Assembly (NCBI GenBank): GCA_902464175.1
Contig: CABQHZ010000001.1
Coordinates: 1-59,440 of the forward strand
Direction of reading: 5' to 3'
Origin: an uncultured Collinsella sp.
GTDB lineage: Bacteria > Actinomycetota > Coriobacteriia > Coriobacteriales > Coriobacteriaceae
Length of the DNA stretch: 59,440 nucleotides
A model generated the notes under the pieces. The model had not been told where the DNA came from, did not search any database, and worked only from the letters and a program-made list of their open reading frames with translations. The translations under genes were made by a program, and so were the position numbers. Shown here one piece after another: positions 8,608 to 18,320 of this stretch (positions are counted from its first letter, which is position 1; the number at the start of each line of letters is the position of its first letter).

Positions 8608-10725
8608 TTACTCGTCATTATCCCCGCGCGGCGCAATCTTTTCCACGCGAACGGCGTTTTCCTGGGTGAGCGCGGCACCCGTAATGGGATCCCAGCGCAG
8701 CGGCGTGTGGTCGAGCGGGCCGACACCGAGCGCCTGGGCACCATCCGCGCCGGCACCAAACGAACGCCCACCGGGAGCCGCCGACGTAAAGATGCACGCC
8801 GGATGCAGATAGGGTGTGGTCTCCACGCGCACGCGATCGCGGCCCATGTCGCTCACGAGCTCGACGACCTCGCCGCTGGCGATGCCCATACGCACGGCGA
8901 CGTCGGCATTCATCTGCACGGCGTCCAGGTCGGAGCCCGCCTCGGCAGCGCCGGCCGCAGCGAGCCTACGCGACGTGTGCGACTCAAAGGGTCGATTGCC
9001 GCTAATGAGGCGAAACATCCCCGGCCCCGGCTCCACCATCGGGGCAATCCAGCCGGGCACACGACCCAAACCGGAGCGCTCCCACAGTTCGCTTGCCAGC
9101 GCAATCTTGCCGCCGTCGAGCGAAATCACCGGCTCGCCCGTACGCGACGGCAGCGACATGCCCGTGTCTGCCCAACCGCGCTCCTTGAGCGTAGCCAGGT
9201 CGATCCCAAACGGAGCCACCTGGGCCGCCGCAAGGTCATCCGCCGTAAAGTCGAAGTACTCGCCCACGCCACAGGCAGCAGCCAGGCCGGCAAAAATCTC
9301 CCGTCCGGGGCGCGTATCGTCATGCAGCACGGGCAGCACGGCGTTGCGGTAGAACACGCACGAATCATTGGCGCCCACGACTGTGCCCACACCGCGGTCG
9401 GCCTCCAGATACGTCACGTCGGGCAGCACGAAGTCAGAAGCACGCGCCGTCTCGGACCAGCGGATATCGATGGTCACGAGCAGGTCGAGCTGCTGCAAGA
9501 TGCCAAGCCACGCATCGGCGTTGCCATAGCCCGCACCGGGGTTACTGGCATAGACGATGAGCCCACGCAAATCGCCGGCCAGTATCGACTGACCGATGGT
9601 CGTGCACAGGCCGCGCACCGGATCGACCAGTGGATAGCGCTCGGACCCCAGCTTGGGCCCACGCGGCACCGGTGGCGTCGCAAAGCGCGTGGGATCGAGG
9701 TCGCCCAACACAAGCGGCGTGGGCGGATTGAGCGCGCCGCCCGCATGCCCGATACAGCCCAGCAGCACATCGACCAAGCAGATAGCGCGCGCGGTCTGGG
9801 TGCTATTGGCATACGCGATACCGATGCCACCATGAAAGCCCGCATCCACCACAGCGGCAGGCGCGGCGGCAGCGAGATCGCGCGCCGTGGCGACAATCTC
9901 TGCGGCTGGCACGTCGCACATCGACTCAGCCCACTCGGGCGTCCAGGCACGGGCCGCCTGCGCCAGTTCGTCAAAGCCCGTGGTATAGCGGGCAACAAAC
10001 TCGTGGTCGTACAAGTCCTCGGCAATCAAGACATGCGCAATGCCCAGCAGCAAGGCTAGGTCGCAGCCCGGGCGCACGCGCAGCCAACGGTCAGCAAGCG
10101 CGGCCGAGCCGCTGCGCCGGGGGTCAACCACGATGATCTTCGCCCCGCGCCGGCGCGCATCGTTGAGCGCATCAACGGCCCCCATCGTCGACGAATCGAC
10201 GATAGAACGCCCCAAATACATGATGCAATCGGTATGCGCCAAGTCAGATGCCGGGCTGTAGCCCAAGCTGTGCTCCCAGCCGGTCAGGCGGCTCACCTCG
10301 CAGGCGCCGTCGGCACCGTACACGTTGGGAGATCCCAGCGCGTGCATAAAACGATAGGCCCAATAACGGTCGAACGAGGGCACGCCAAGTGTCATGCCCA
10401 GCGCACGGGCGCCATGCGCGTCCACGATCCCGCCAAGGCGCGCCGCGATCTGAGCAAACGCCTCGTCCCAGCTCACCGCATCGAACCCCGAACCATCCTC
10501 GCGGCGGTGCATGGGGTGCAAAATCCGGTCGCGCTCGTCAAACGGCATAGACAGGCGATGCCGCCCGCGAGCGCACAGGGCACGTGCCGCGCACGGATGC
10601 CCCGGCACCGGCAGCTCGGCTACCACGCGACCGTCCTCAACGCGTGCCGCAAAGGCACAATCGGCATAGCATCCCCCGCATGTGGTCACCACGGCGCGAC
10701 CGTCACACTTCACAGCAGATGCCAT
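8608..10725 (-). CDS. Molybdopterin (bis-MGD) oxidoreductase, PsrA/PhsA/SrrA-like catalytic subunit without Tat signal
   Basis: N-terminal CGGCYADC...LCARG [4Fe-4S] motif, VSWDEA, probable Mo-ligand Cys in GACEVSR, VDPRRS, RPGCDLAL, WSETARASDFVLP, C-terminal MopB domain. Start ATG 10725. Confidence 0.85.
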   Translation of the reverse strand: MASAVKCDGRAVVTTCGGCYADCAFAARVEDGRVVAELPVPGHPCAARALCARGRHRLSMPFDERDRILHPMHRREDGSGFDAVSWDEAFAQIAARLGGIVDAHGARALGMTLGVPSFDRYWAYRFMHALGSPNVYGADGACEVSRLTGWEHSLGYSPASDLAHTDCIMYLGRSIVDSSTMGAVDALNDARRRGAKIIVVDPRRSGSAALADRWLRVRPGCDLALLLGIAHVLIAEDLYDHEFVARYTTGFDELAQAARAWTPEWAESMCDVPAAEIVATARDLAAAAPAAVVDAGFHGGIGIAYANSTQTARAICLVDVLLGCIGHAGGALNPPTPLVLGDLDPTRFATPPVPRGPKLGSERYPLVDPVRGLCTTIGQSILAGDLRGLIVYASNPGAGYGNADAWLGILQQLDLLVTIDIRWSETARASDFVLPDVTYLEADRGVGTVVGANDSCVFYRNAVLPVLHDDTRPGREIFAGLAAACGVGEYFDFTADDLAAAQVAPFGIDLATLKERGWADTGMSLPSRTGEPVISLDGGKIALASELWERSGLGRVPGWIAPMVEPGPGMFRLISGNRPFESHTSRRLAAAGAAEAGSDLDAVQMNADVAVRMGIASGEVVELVSDMGRDRVRVETTPYLHPACIFTSAAPGGRSFGAGADGAQALGVGPLDHTPLRWDPITGAALTQENAVRVEKIAPRGDNDE

Positions 10726-10789
10726 CTCGATTACCCCTTTCATCAGCCAAACACAACAGGCCAAAAGCCCGGCAACGAGCCCCAGACCC

Positions 10790-10825
10790 AAAAAGCCTCC
10801 CGCACGGCAACGCCCCGCGGGAGGC
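10790..10825 (-). terminator. Rho-independent terminator ending the FHL operon
   Basis: Minus strand GCCTCCCGC...GCGGGAGGC-TTTTT downstream of focA. Confidence 0.75.
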
Positions 10826-10847
10826 CCAGCGTCAAACAGACGGTACC

Positions 10848-11687
10848 TTACGCCTCGGACTTCTTGGCGTAGATAAACCAGTAGCCGAGCGCGACCAGAA
10901 CCGCGCCGCCCACGATGTTGCCCAGCGTGGCGGCGGACAGGTTAAACGCAATGCCCGCGGCGTTGAGCGCATCGGCGCCGGCGACGTCGGCACCGTAGCC
11001 ACACGCGTGCATCACGGCACCCATGGGCAAAAAGTACATATTGGCAACGCAGTGCTCAAAACCGCAGGCCACAAACGCGGCAATGGGCAGCAGAATGCCC
11101 ACGACCTTATCGACCACGGTCTTGCCGGCGGTACCGATCCACACGGCCAGGCACACAAAAATGTTGCACAGGATGCCGCGGAAGAAGATCGTCACCCAGT
11201 CGATCGTCACCTTGCCGGCGGCGACGCTCACCATGGAATTGGCGACCGCCCCGCCGTTGAGCTTGTAAATGCCGGCCATGTACACCAAAAAGACGATGAA
11301 CAGGGCACCGACAAAATTGCCGACCCACACGACGACCCAGGCCTTGAGCATCTGAGCCAGGGTGATCTTTTTGCTCTTGAGCGCACAGACCATAAGCGAA
11401 TTGCCGGTAAACAGCTCGGCGCCGCACACCAGTACCAGCACCAGGCCCAGGCAAAAGCACAGGCCGCCCACGACGCGCTGGGCACCCCAGCCCAGCGTGT
11501 TGTCGCTCAAAAACACCGTAAAGAACAGGCCACCGAAGGCGATGAACGCACCGGCGAACATCGCCAAGACAAAGGCCTTCGCGACCGGCAGGTTTGCCTT
11601 GGTCACGCCGGCGGCCTCGGTCTTAGCCTCGATCGCGGCGGGCGCCAGGCAATCGGGAGCGGGATACTCCACCTTGGTATCTGCCAT
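10848..11687 (-). CDS. focA: Formate/nitrite transporter (FNT) family channel
   Basis: AGAFIAFG, GAELFTGN, GNFVGA, GILCNIFVCLAVW, GFEHCVANMY, TLGNIVGG. Confidence 0.92.
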   Translation of the reverse strand: MADTKVEYPAPDCLAPAAIEAKTEAAGVTKANLPVAKAFVLAMFAGAFIAFGGLFFTVFLSDNTLGWGAQRVVGGLCFCLGLVLVLVCGAELFTGNSLMVCALKSKKITLAQMLKAWVVVWVGNFVGALFIVFLVYMAGIYKLNGGAVANSMVSVAAGKVTIDWVTIFFRGILCNIFVCLAVWIGTAGKTVVDKVVGILLPIAAFVACGFEHCVANMYFLPMGAVMHACGYGADVAGADALNAAGIAFNLSAATLGNIVGGAVLVALGYWFIYAKKSEA

Positions 11688-11726
11688 GTCAATCACTTCT
11701 TTCCTAATGGGCAGGGACAAGGGCTC

Positions 11727-12230
11727 CTAAAGCTCCTGCCCCAAGCGGACAAAGTGGGAAAAGTCGTTGGCGGCCACGGCGTCGTACACGGCGTCGACGG
11801 CGTCAAAGACCTCCGGGGACATGGGGTTGTAGAACTCCGTGTCGCCCGGCTGAATCCCTACGAAGACGATATCATCGCATGATTGCTCGATCTCTTCGAT
11901 CAGAATCGAGAGCGGGAGCGAATGTGTGGTGAACATCGACTTACGAGCCACGTCGCTTTTGTCGAGCAGGCGGATCGCGCCGACGGGCAACGCCATATCG
12001 GCGGCATCTACGAGCACCAGACGCGGCGGACGCTCGCGCTTGACCTCGATGATGTCGTCCTCGGGCGTTTGCCCGCCGTCGATGGTGTACCAACCGGCGA
12101 TGGGTGCGTCTTCCATCTTTTTGGAGAGCACGGGGCCGGCGGCATCGTCGGCACGCAGCACGCTTCCCGCCGTGAGCACGATACCCGCAAACGGGGCGCC
12201 GTTCACACGTCCATCCACAACGCGACCCAT
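11727..12230 (-). CDS. hycI: Hydrogenase 3/4 maturation endopeptidase
   Basis: GSVLRADDAAGP, DGGQTPED, LVDAADM, TTHSLPL, GIQP. Confidence 0.9.
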   Translation of the reverse strand: MGRVVDGRVNGAPFAGIVLTAGSVLRADDAAGPVLSKKMEDAPIAGWYTIDGGQTPEDDIIEVKRERPPRLVLVDAADMALPVGAIRLLDKSDVARKSMFTTHSLPLSILIEEIEQSCDDIVFVGIQPGDTEFYNPMSPEVFDAVDAVYDAVAANDFSHFVRLGQEL

Positions 12231-12811
12231 TACTGCAACCTTCCCGTCAGATACACGCCCGACACATCGCGCACGCGCTCAACCAGATCGCGGAACTTCA
12301 TCAAAAACGCGACCTGCTGGGCATGCAGGCCAAAGTCGTCGTCGAACACCGAGATGCCGGCCTTGGCCGACCCGCGAAAACCGCGCTCGTCGAGCAGCGC
12401 ATCGCAGGCCTCGAGCAGCGACGGCGCCGCCGCCTTGTCGAGCTGACACTCACCAAAGGAGCGGATGGCCTCGAACTTGGTCTTGGCCTCCCCCTCCGGC
12501 AGCGCGTCGACGAGCGAATAGAACACATCCACCGGCACCGACAGGCGCGGCTCAAAGCAGTCGAGCACGCCGGTGTGGTGGCCCACGGCGAGCGTGTAGT
12601 ACAGCACGTCGCAGGCCTCCTGGGGAACGTCTTCCTCGGTCTCCACAAACTTACGCGTGAGCTCGTAAAAGACCACCTGGTCGGGCGCATGGCCCAGGCA
12701 GGGGTCGGCGACGCCCTCGGCAGCCTCGTCGCTTGCGCGCGAGGCATCGCCAAAGGAGCCGCCGAGCATGCCGGGACCCGCAAAGTAACCAGAGCGGTCC
12801 GTGAGCTCCAT
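12230..12811 (-). CDS. hyfJ: Formate hydrogenlyase maturation protein HycH/HyfJ
   Basis: VVFYELTRKFV...YYTLAVGHHTGVLDCF...FGEC; position in the operon. Confidence 0.85.
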   Translation of the reverse strand: MELTDRSGYFAGPGMLGGSFGDASRASDEAAEGVADPCLGHAPDQVVFYELTRKFVETEEDVPQEACDVLYYTLAVGHHTGVLDCFEPRLSVPVDVFYSLVDALPEGEAKTKFEAIRSFGECQLDKAAAPSLLEACDALLDERGFRGSAKAGISVFDDDFGLHAQQVAFLMKFRDLVERVRDVSGVYLTGRLQ

Positions 12812-13594
12812 CTAGCGACCTCCGGCCAGCACCAGATCCTGCAGCGCCGAGTAGACCTCAACGCGGCGCGGATCGTCCTGCTTGTCGATGAGCAGCGCCA
12901 TGGCACCGCGGATATCGCCCTTGGGCGCGCCCTCGAGCGTATCCATAAACTCATTGGCCAGGTCGCGACCATAGCGGTAACCGCTCATGGCACGAGCCTC
13001 GCGCTCGATGGCAACGCGCAGCTTGTACGGCACACCGGGGTGCAGGATATCGGCCTGCTCGCCGGCGGCCTCCACCGTGGTCTCGGCATGGAGCTTTTGG
13101 TCCAGCAGACCGAGTGCCATGGCAAAGCCGTAGATGGTCTGCGCGGGGCTGGGCGGGCAGCCGGGGATGTAGACATCGACCGGCAGAATCTTGTCCGTGC
13201 CGCCCCAGACGCAGTAGTTGTCGTAGAAGATGCCGCCGGTGCAGCCGCACGCGCCATAGGACACCACGATCTTGGGGTCGGGTGCGGCCTCAAAGGCGCG
13301 CAGGGCCGGCATGCGCATGGCACGCGTCACGGCGCCGGTGTACAGCAGCACATCGGCGTGACGGGGCGAGGGCACGACCTTGATGCCAAAGCGCTCAACG
13401 TCAAAGACGGGCGTGATGGAACCGAAGATCTCGATCTCGCAGCCGTTGCAGCCGCCGCAGTCAACACGGTAAACATACACCGAGCGCTTGATCTTCTTAA
13501 GAAGGGTCGCCTTGGCCTTCTCGATACTCTCGTCGAGCTCGATCTTGGTCGGGCGGTACTGAAGCCGCTCGGGCAAAAGCGTGGGTTCGGCCAT
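12812..13594 (-). CDS. hyfI: Group 4a [NiFe]-hydrogenase small subunit (HyfI/HycG)
   Basis: VDCGGCNGCEIE, SPRHADVLLYTGAVT, GACGCTGG, YIPGCPP. Confidence 0.93.
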   Translation of the reverse strand: MAEPTLLPERLQYRPTKIELDESIEKAKATLLKKIKRSVYVYRVDCGGCNGCEIEIFGSITPVFDVERFGIKVVPSPRHADVLLYTGAVTRAMRMPALRAFEAAPDPKIVVSYGACGCTGGIFYDNYCVWGGTDKILPVDVYIPGCPPSPAQTIYGFAMALGLLDQKLHAETTVEAAGEQADILHPGVPYKLRVAIEREARAMSGYRYGRDLANEFMDTLEGAPKGDIRGAMALLIDKQDDPRRVEVYSALQDLVLAGGR

Positions 13595-13596
13595 GG

Positions 13597-14313
13597 TTAC
13601 TCCTCCTTCGTTTCAAAATCCATGATGATGCCCTCGACCGGTGCCGGACCGGCGGGAATCTCGGGCGCATCGGGGTTGAGCTCGCGATCGATATACTCCG
13701 GGTTCACGCCGTGACCGCCCAGATACTCCATGCCGGGGCCCTGGGGCTCACCGGACGCAAGTGTCTCGTTGGCAGCCATGCCGCGCGCGTTGCCGGTCTT
13801 TACGGCCGAGGCGGCGCGCAGGGCGTCGAGCTCGCGCTTGCACTCCTGGCACATGCCGACGGTACGGGCGGCCTGGATGGCCTCCATGCCGCCGGCCTTT
13901 TGCAGCAGGCGCTTGGCGTAGTCGATCTCCTTGTGCGGGGCGAACGGCTTGCCGCAGCGCGAGCAGTGCTCGAGCGTGTAGACGCTCTTGCTGGTGAGGT
14001 CGTCCTTGCTCATGACGGCCAGCTCAAACTCCTCGGTGAGCTTGATGGCCTCCATGGGGCAGGCTTCCTCGCAGCGGCCGCAAAAGATGCAGCGACCGTA
14101 GTCGATCGACCAGGTGATGGTATCGGCCGCAAGGTCGGTGTCCATGCGAATGGCATCGGCCGGGCACGCCACGCCGCAGGCACCGCAGGCGATGCAGAGC
14201 TCCGCGTTGTGCTCGGGCTTGCCGCGCATGTCCTTGTTGGTGGGGAACGGCGCAAACGGGTACTTGACCGTCGCGTCGCCGGCCTTGGCGTTAACCTTCC
14301 AAAGCTTCAGCAT
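13597..14313 (-). CDS. hyfH: FHL iron-sulfur subunit (HyfH/HycF)
   Basis: ATVKYPF, CIACGACGVACP, CIFCGRCEEACP, CSRCG...CQEC. Start ATG 14313. Confidence 0.92.
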   Translation of the reverse strand: MLKLWKVNAKAGDATVKYPFAPFPTNKDMRGKPEHNAELCIACGACGVACPADAIRMDTDLAADTITWSIDYGRCIFCGRCEEACPMEAIKLTEEFELAVMSKDDLTSKSVYTLEHCSRCGKPFAPHKEIDYAKRLLQKAGGMEAIQAARTVGMCQECKRELDALRAASAVKTGNARGMAANETLASGEPQGPGMEYLGGHGVNPEYIDRELNPDAPEIPAGPAPVEGIIMDFETKEE

Positions 14314-14314
14314 A

Positions 14315-16087
14315 TTAGAGCGCCTCCTCATCGAGCGGAGCAGCCATGGTGCCCTCGCCCGCAAGCGGCGACTTGTCGCGCCAGACGTTCTCGAACTGCT
14401 CCTTGTCGAGCACGTGGTCGCGCTTGGCGGCGACGTCGGTCACTGTCACGCGGTCGGTGCAGGAGTAGCACGGGTCGAGCGAGCCGACGATCAGCGCCGC
14501 GTCGCCCACGGTGTTGCCGCGGAACATGTAGCGCAGGACCGGCCAGTTGCTGTACGTGGCGGCCTTGGCGCGCCAGCGGTAGCACTTCTGGTTGTTGCCG
14601 AGCATGGCCCAGTGCACGTCCTCGCCGCGCGGCGCCTCGGTGGCGCCGATGGCGTACTTGTGCGGGGTGTACTCCCAATCCGTGGTGAGGATGGGGCCCG
14701 ACGGGCAGTTCTCGAGCATGGTCTCGATCATGTCGATCGAATCGTAGACCTCCTGGATGCGAACGGCGGTACGGCCGAAGGCGTCGCAGGTGTCGGCCGT
14801 AGCGGCGTGCATCTTTTGGACATCCGGATCGGCGTAGCCGTCGAAGGGATGGTCAAAGCGCACGTCGCGGGCATAGCCCGAGCCACGCATGAGCGGGCCG
14901 ACCGGCGAGAAGTCGCGTGCGATCTTGCGGTCCAAGATGCCAATACCGCTCGTACGCTCAATGAAGTTGGGCGTAGAGAGCAGCACGTCGACGAGCTCCT
15001 GAACCTCGGAGCGCAGCTGGTGGATGGTCGTGAGCGTGGAAAGCTTCTGCTCGGCCAGGATATCGCGACGCACGCCGCCGATCACGTTGAGGCCATAGGT
15101 CTTGCGGTGACCGGAGAGCTTCTCGGCCAGATCCATCGACTTCTCGCGGACGCGGAAGAACTGCTGGAAGCCAGAGTCGAAGCCGGTGTAGTGCGACGCC
15201 AGGCCAATGTTGAGCAGGTGCGAGTGCAAGCGCTCGACCTCGAGCATAATGGCGCGGATGTACTGGGCGCGCGGCGGGACGTGGATACCCTGGGCGCGCT
15301 CGACGGCCTCGGCATAGGCCACCGAGTGGGCGCAGCCGCAGATGCCGCAGATACGGTCGGCCAAAAACGTGACGGCGTCATAGTTCAGGCGCGTCTCGGC
15401 GACCTTCTCCATGCCGCGGTGAACGTAGAACAGGCGGTAGTCGGCGTCGACGATCGTCTCGCCCTCAACAAACAGGCGGAAGTGGCCGGGCTCATCAGAG
15501 GTAATGTGCAACGGGCCCATGGGGACGAGTGTGGTCTCCTTGCCCTTGGTGTCGGCCAAGAACTCGTAGTTTTCCATGTCGCTTACGGGAGCGGGACGGA
15601 AACGGTAGTCCATGGAGTCCTTGCGCAGCGGGTACAGACCGCTCGGCCAGTCATCGGGCAGCACCAGGCGACGGCGATCGGGCAGACCCTCGGGAATCAG
15701 GCCGAACATGTCGCGCAGCTCGCGCTCGCCCCACACGCAGGCGGGGACGAACGGCGTCACGGACGGGAACGTCATCTTGGCGGGATCGACCTCGGCGCGC
15801 ACGGTCACCCAGCCGGGATCCTCCCCCTCCATGGAAATGAGGTAGTACACGGCGTAGCGGCCGCACAGGCTGCGCTCGTCGTTGCCAACGATCACGGGAA
15901 TCCAGCCGTAGCGCTCGTAGTACAGGTAGTGGACGGCCTCGGGCAGACGGTCCAGCTTGACGGTGATCGTCAGCTGGTCCTCGCACTGCCACTCGACCTT
16001 CTCGATGCAGCCCGGAACGGCGCGGCGCAGGGCCTCGACATGGCTCTCGCAGCGGCGGGCATACACCTTGTTCTCAGTATCAGTCAT
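14315..16087 (-). CDS. hyfG: Group 4a [NiFe]-hydrogenase large subunit (HyfG/HycE)
   Basis: N-terminal NuoC-like domain, L1 RICGICGCAH, L2 DPCYSCTDR followed by a cleavable C-terminal tail. Confidence 0.96.
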   Translation of the reverse strand: MTDTENKVYARRCESHVEALRRAVPGCIEKVEWQCEDQLTITVKLDRLPEAVHYLYYERYGWIPVIVGNDERSLCGRYAVYYLISMEGEDPGWVTVRAEVDPAKMTFPSVTPFVPACVWGERELRDMFGLIPEGLPDRRRLVLPDDWPSGLYPLRKDSMDYRFRPAPVSDMENYEFLADTKGKETTLVPMGPLHITSDEPGHFRLFVEGETIVDADYRLFYVHRGMEKVAETRLNYDAVTFLADRICGICGCAHSVAYAEAVERAQGIHVPPRAQYIRAIMLEVERLHSHLLNIGLASHYTGFDSGFQQFFRVREKSMDLAEKLSGHRKTYGLNVIGGVRRDILAEQKLSTLTTIHQLRSEVQELVDVLLSTPNFIERTSGIGILDRKIARDFSPVGPLMRGSGYARDVRFDHPFDGYADPDVQKMHAATADTCDAFGRTAVRIQEVYDSIDMIETMLENCPSGPILTTDWEYTPHKYAIGATEAPRGEDVHWAMLGNNQKCYRWRAKAATYSNWPVLRYMFRGNTVGDAALIVGSLDPCYSCTDRVTVTDVAAKRDHVLDKEQFENVWRDKSPLAGEGTMAAPLDEEAL

Positions 16088-16090
16088 TGG

Positions 16091-17650
16091 TTACTCCACC
16101 TCGCTCTGAGCGGTCTGGGTACCGAACACAGCGCGGTACATCGGCGTCGCGTGAAGTTCCTCGGTGCTCTGCTCGAGCACGATGCCGGTCGCGGTCTCCA
16201 CACCGTGCACGAGAGGCAGCGGGGTGGCGATGCCAAACCACAAGATCATGACAGCCAGGATGATCTCGGGGATCAGCATGAGCGCCGGGGCCTCGTGCTT
16301 ACCCATGCCCTCGGGAGCGTGGCCGAACACCGACTTAAGCGCGATGCGGGTAAGCGCGGAGATGGCGACGGTAAGACCGAGGGCGACCACGACGACCAGC
16401 CACATGGGACCGGCGGTAACGCCGGCGACAAAGGTCAGGAACTCGGAGATAAACATGCCAAAGGGCGGGAAGGCGGCAAGGCCCAGCAGCGCCAGGATGG
16501 CGAGCGCGGCGGTAGCGGGAGCAACCTCCACGACGCCCTGGATCTTGGCCAGGCTGCGCGTACCGTAGGCATGCTGGATGTTGCCGGACACGCAGAAGGC
16601 AAGCGTCTTGGTAAAGCCGTGGAACACGCAGTGCAGCAGGGCCGCGGCGATACCCAGCGGGCCACCGATACCCAGGCACAGGGCGATAACGCCCACGTTC
16701 TCCACAGACGAGTACGCAAAGCGGCGCTTGAGGTCGTCCTGGCGAAACATCGAAAGTGCCGCCACCAAAATGGACAGCGTGCCGACGATCAGCAGCAATA
16801 TTTGCGGATACTCGGCGCCCACGGCTTGGATAGTAAAGCCGTAGAAGCGCATGATCACAAGCATGGCGCACTTAAGCAGCACGCCCGAGAGCAGGGCCGA
16901 GACAGGGCTCGGGGCCTGGGAGTGGGCATCGGGCAGCCAAGTGTGCATGGGGAACAGGCCGGCCTTGGTGCCAAAACCGATCACGACAAACGCAAAGGCG
17001 AGGCGCATGAGCGTCGGGTCGAACTGATCGGCATACGGCAGCACGCACGACAGGAATGCGGCCTCGTGGGCATTGGGAATCACGTCGGCGGCGTTGGCGT
17101 AGATCAGCAGCGTACCGAACAGGCCGAAGGCCACGCCGGCGGTGCAGACCATCGCATACTTCCACGAAGCCTCGAGGGCCGTCTTGTTCTTGTAGATACC
17201 CACGAGGAACACGGTGGAAAGCGTGGTTGCCTCCACGGCGGCCCACGTGAGGATCATGTTGTTGGACAGGCACGCGAGCAGCATGGTGAACACGAACAGG
17301 CTAAACAGCGCAAAATACTGCTTGGCGCGCTCGGCGGGCATGGAGCCCTCCTCGATATCGGCCTTTACATAGGGCAGCGAGAACAGCCCCGTAAGAAAAC
17401 CGATAAAGCCGATGAGCAGCACAAAGATGGCGCCCAGCGAATCGAGGTGGAACCACAGGCCAAGAGCGCTCGCGGCGTCGCCGCTCATAAGGACGTCACC
17501 GGCCGTCATTATCGACAGCACCAGGACGGCTGCGACGGAGACCAGGTTGAGACCGGCAAACACGTTATAGGACGTGTTCTTGGGCAAAAACGCCATGACC
17601 AGCGAGAACACCAAAGGAGTCGCGAGTAGGGCGAGAATCAACGTTTCCAT
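16091..17650 (-). CDS. hyfF: Hydrogenase-4 antiporter-like membrane subunit F
   Basis: EATTLS, EASWKY, GFGTKAGLFPMHTWLPDAHSQAPSPVSALLSG, KRRFAYSSVEN. Confidence 0.92.
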   Translation of the reverse strand: METLILALLATPLVFSLVMAFLPKNTSYNVFAGLNLVSVAAVLVLSIMTAGDVLMSGDAASALGLWFHLDSLGAIFVLLIGFIGFLTGLFSLPYVKADIEEGSMPAERAKQYFALFSLFVFTMLLACLSNNMILTWAAVEATTLSTVFLVGIYKNKTALEASWKYAMVCTAGVAFGLFGTLLIYANAADVIPNAHEAAFLSCVLPYADQFDPTLMRLAFAFVVIGFGTKAGLFPMHTWLPDAHSQAPSPVSALLSGVLLKCAMLVIMRFYGFTIQAVGAEYPQILLLIVGTLSILVAALSMFRQDDLKRRFAYSSVENVGVIALCLGIGGPLGIAAALLHCVFHGFTKTLAFCVSGNIQHAYGTRSLAKIQGVVEVAPATAALAILALLGLAAFPPFGMFISEFLTFVAGVTAGPMWLVVVVALGLTVAISALTRIALKSVFGHAPEGMGKHEAPALMLIPEIILAVMILWFGIATPLPLVHGVETATGIVLEQSTEELHATPMYRAVFGTQTAQSEVE

Positions 17651-17653
17651 GGA

Positions 17654-18307
17654 CTACCCCCTCAGCTCGGACAGGTCGCGCGCATCGAGCGAGTGGGAGT
17701 CGTCCCAAATGCGACGCACGACGATGGACATGATGATGACGGCAAAGATGGCGTCGGTGGCGATGCCGATCTCGATGATCTCGGGAGCGGTGGGGGCCAA
17801 AAGCGCGAGCGTCACATGGCTGCCGTTTTCCATAAGGCAGTATCCAAAGATCTGCTTCATGATGTTGCGCTGCGAAATGATGCAGGTGAGGCCCACAAAG
17901 AAGTGAGCGAAGCTAATAGCGAGCGCAGGCGTTGCGACCTCGGCCGTGGGCAGGCTGATCTGCGTCACGACGGCAAAGCAGATCGCGACCTCCACGGCGA
18001 TGATGCAAATGGCCCACGCGGGCTTAAGGCCGGCCTTGAGCGATGCGTCGCTCGGCTCGCCCATCTTCTTGTACGCGCGGTTGAGGATGTAAGGGACCAG
18101 GACGACCTTAGTGATAAAGGCAGATCCAGCCCACATAAGCAGCTCCTGCGCACCGGTGGTGACACCGAGCGTGGCGAGCAGCCCCACGAGCACCAGCGAC
18201 TGCACCGCATACCAGCGGATGGCATGTTTGATGTTCTTGGAGACGACCACCATGGTGGACGTGACGATCAGAAGGCCGCCAAGGATGTTGACGATCGAAT
18301 AACCCAT
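17654..18307 (-). CDS. hyfE: Hydrogenase-4 membrane subunit E
   Basis: Hydrophobic; YAVQSLVLV, TKVVLVP, KQIFGYCLMENG, EIGIATDAIFAV. Confidence 0.9.
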   Translation of the reverse strand: MGYSIVNILGGLLIVTSTMVVVSKNIKHAIRWYAVQSLVLVGLLATLGVTTGAQELLMWAGSAFITKVVLVPYILNRAYKKMGEPSDASLKAGLKPAWAICIIAVEVAICFAVVTQISLPTAEVATPALAISFAHFFVGLTCIISQRNIMKQIFGYCLMENGSHVTLALLAPTAPEIIEIGIATDAIFAVIIMSIVVRRIWDDSHSLDARDLSELRG

Positions 18308-18320
18308 GTCGTTCTACCTC

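Noticed and set aside
14114..17629. 1171-aa plus-strand ORF
   Set aside because: Antisense shadow of hyfF/hyfG caused by high-GC codon bias; no recognisable motifs.
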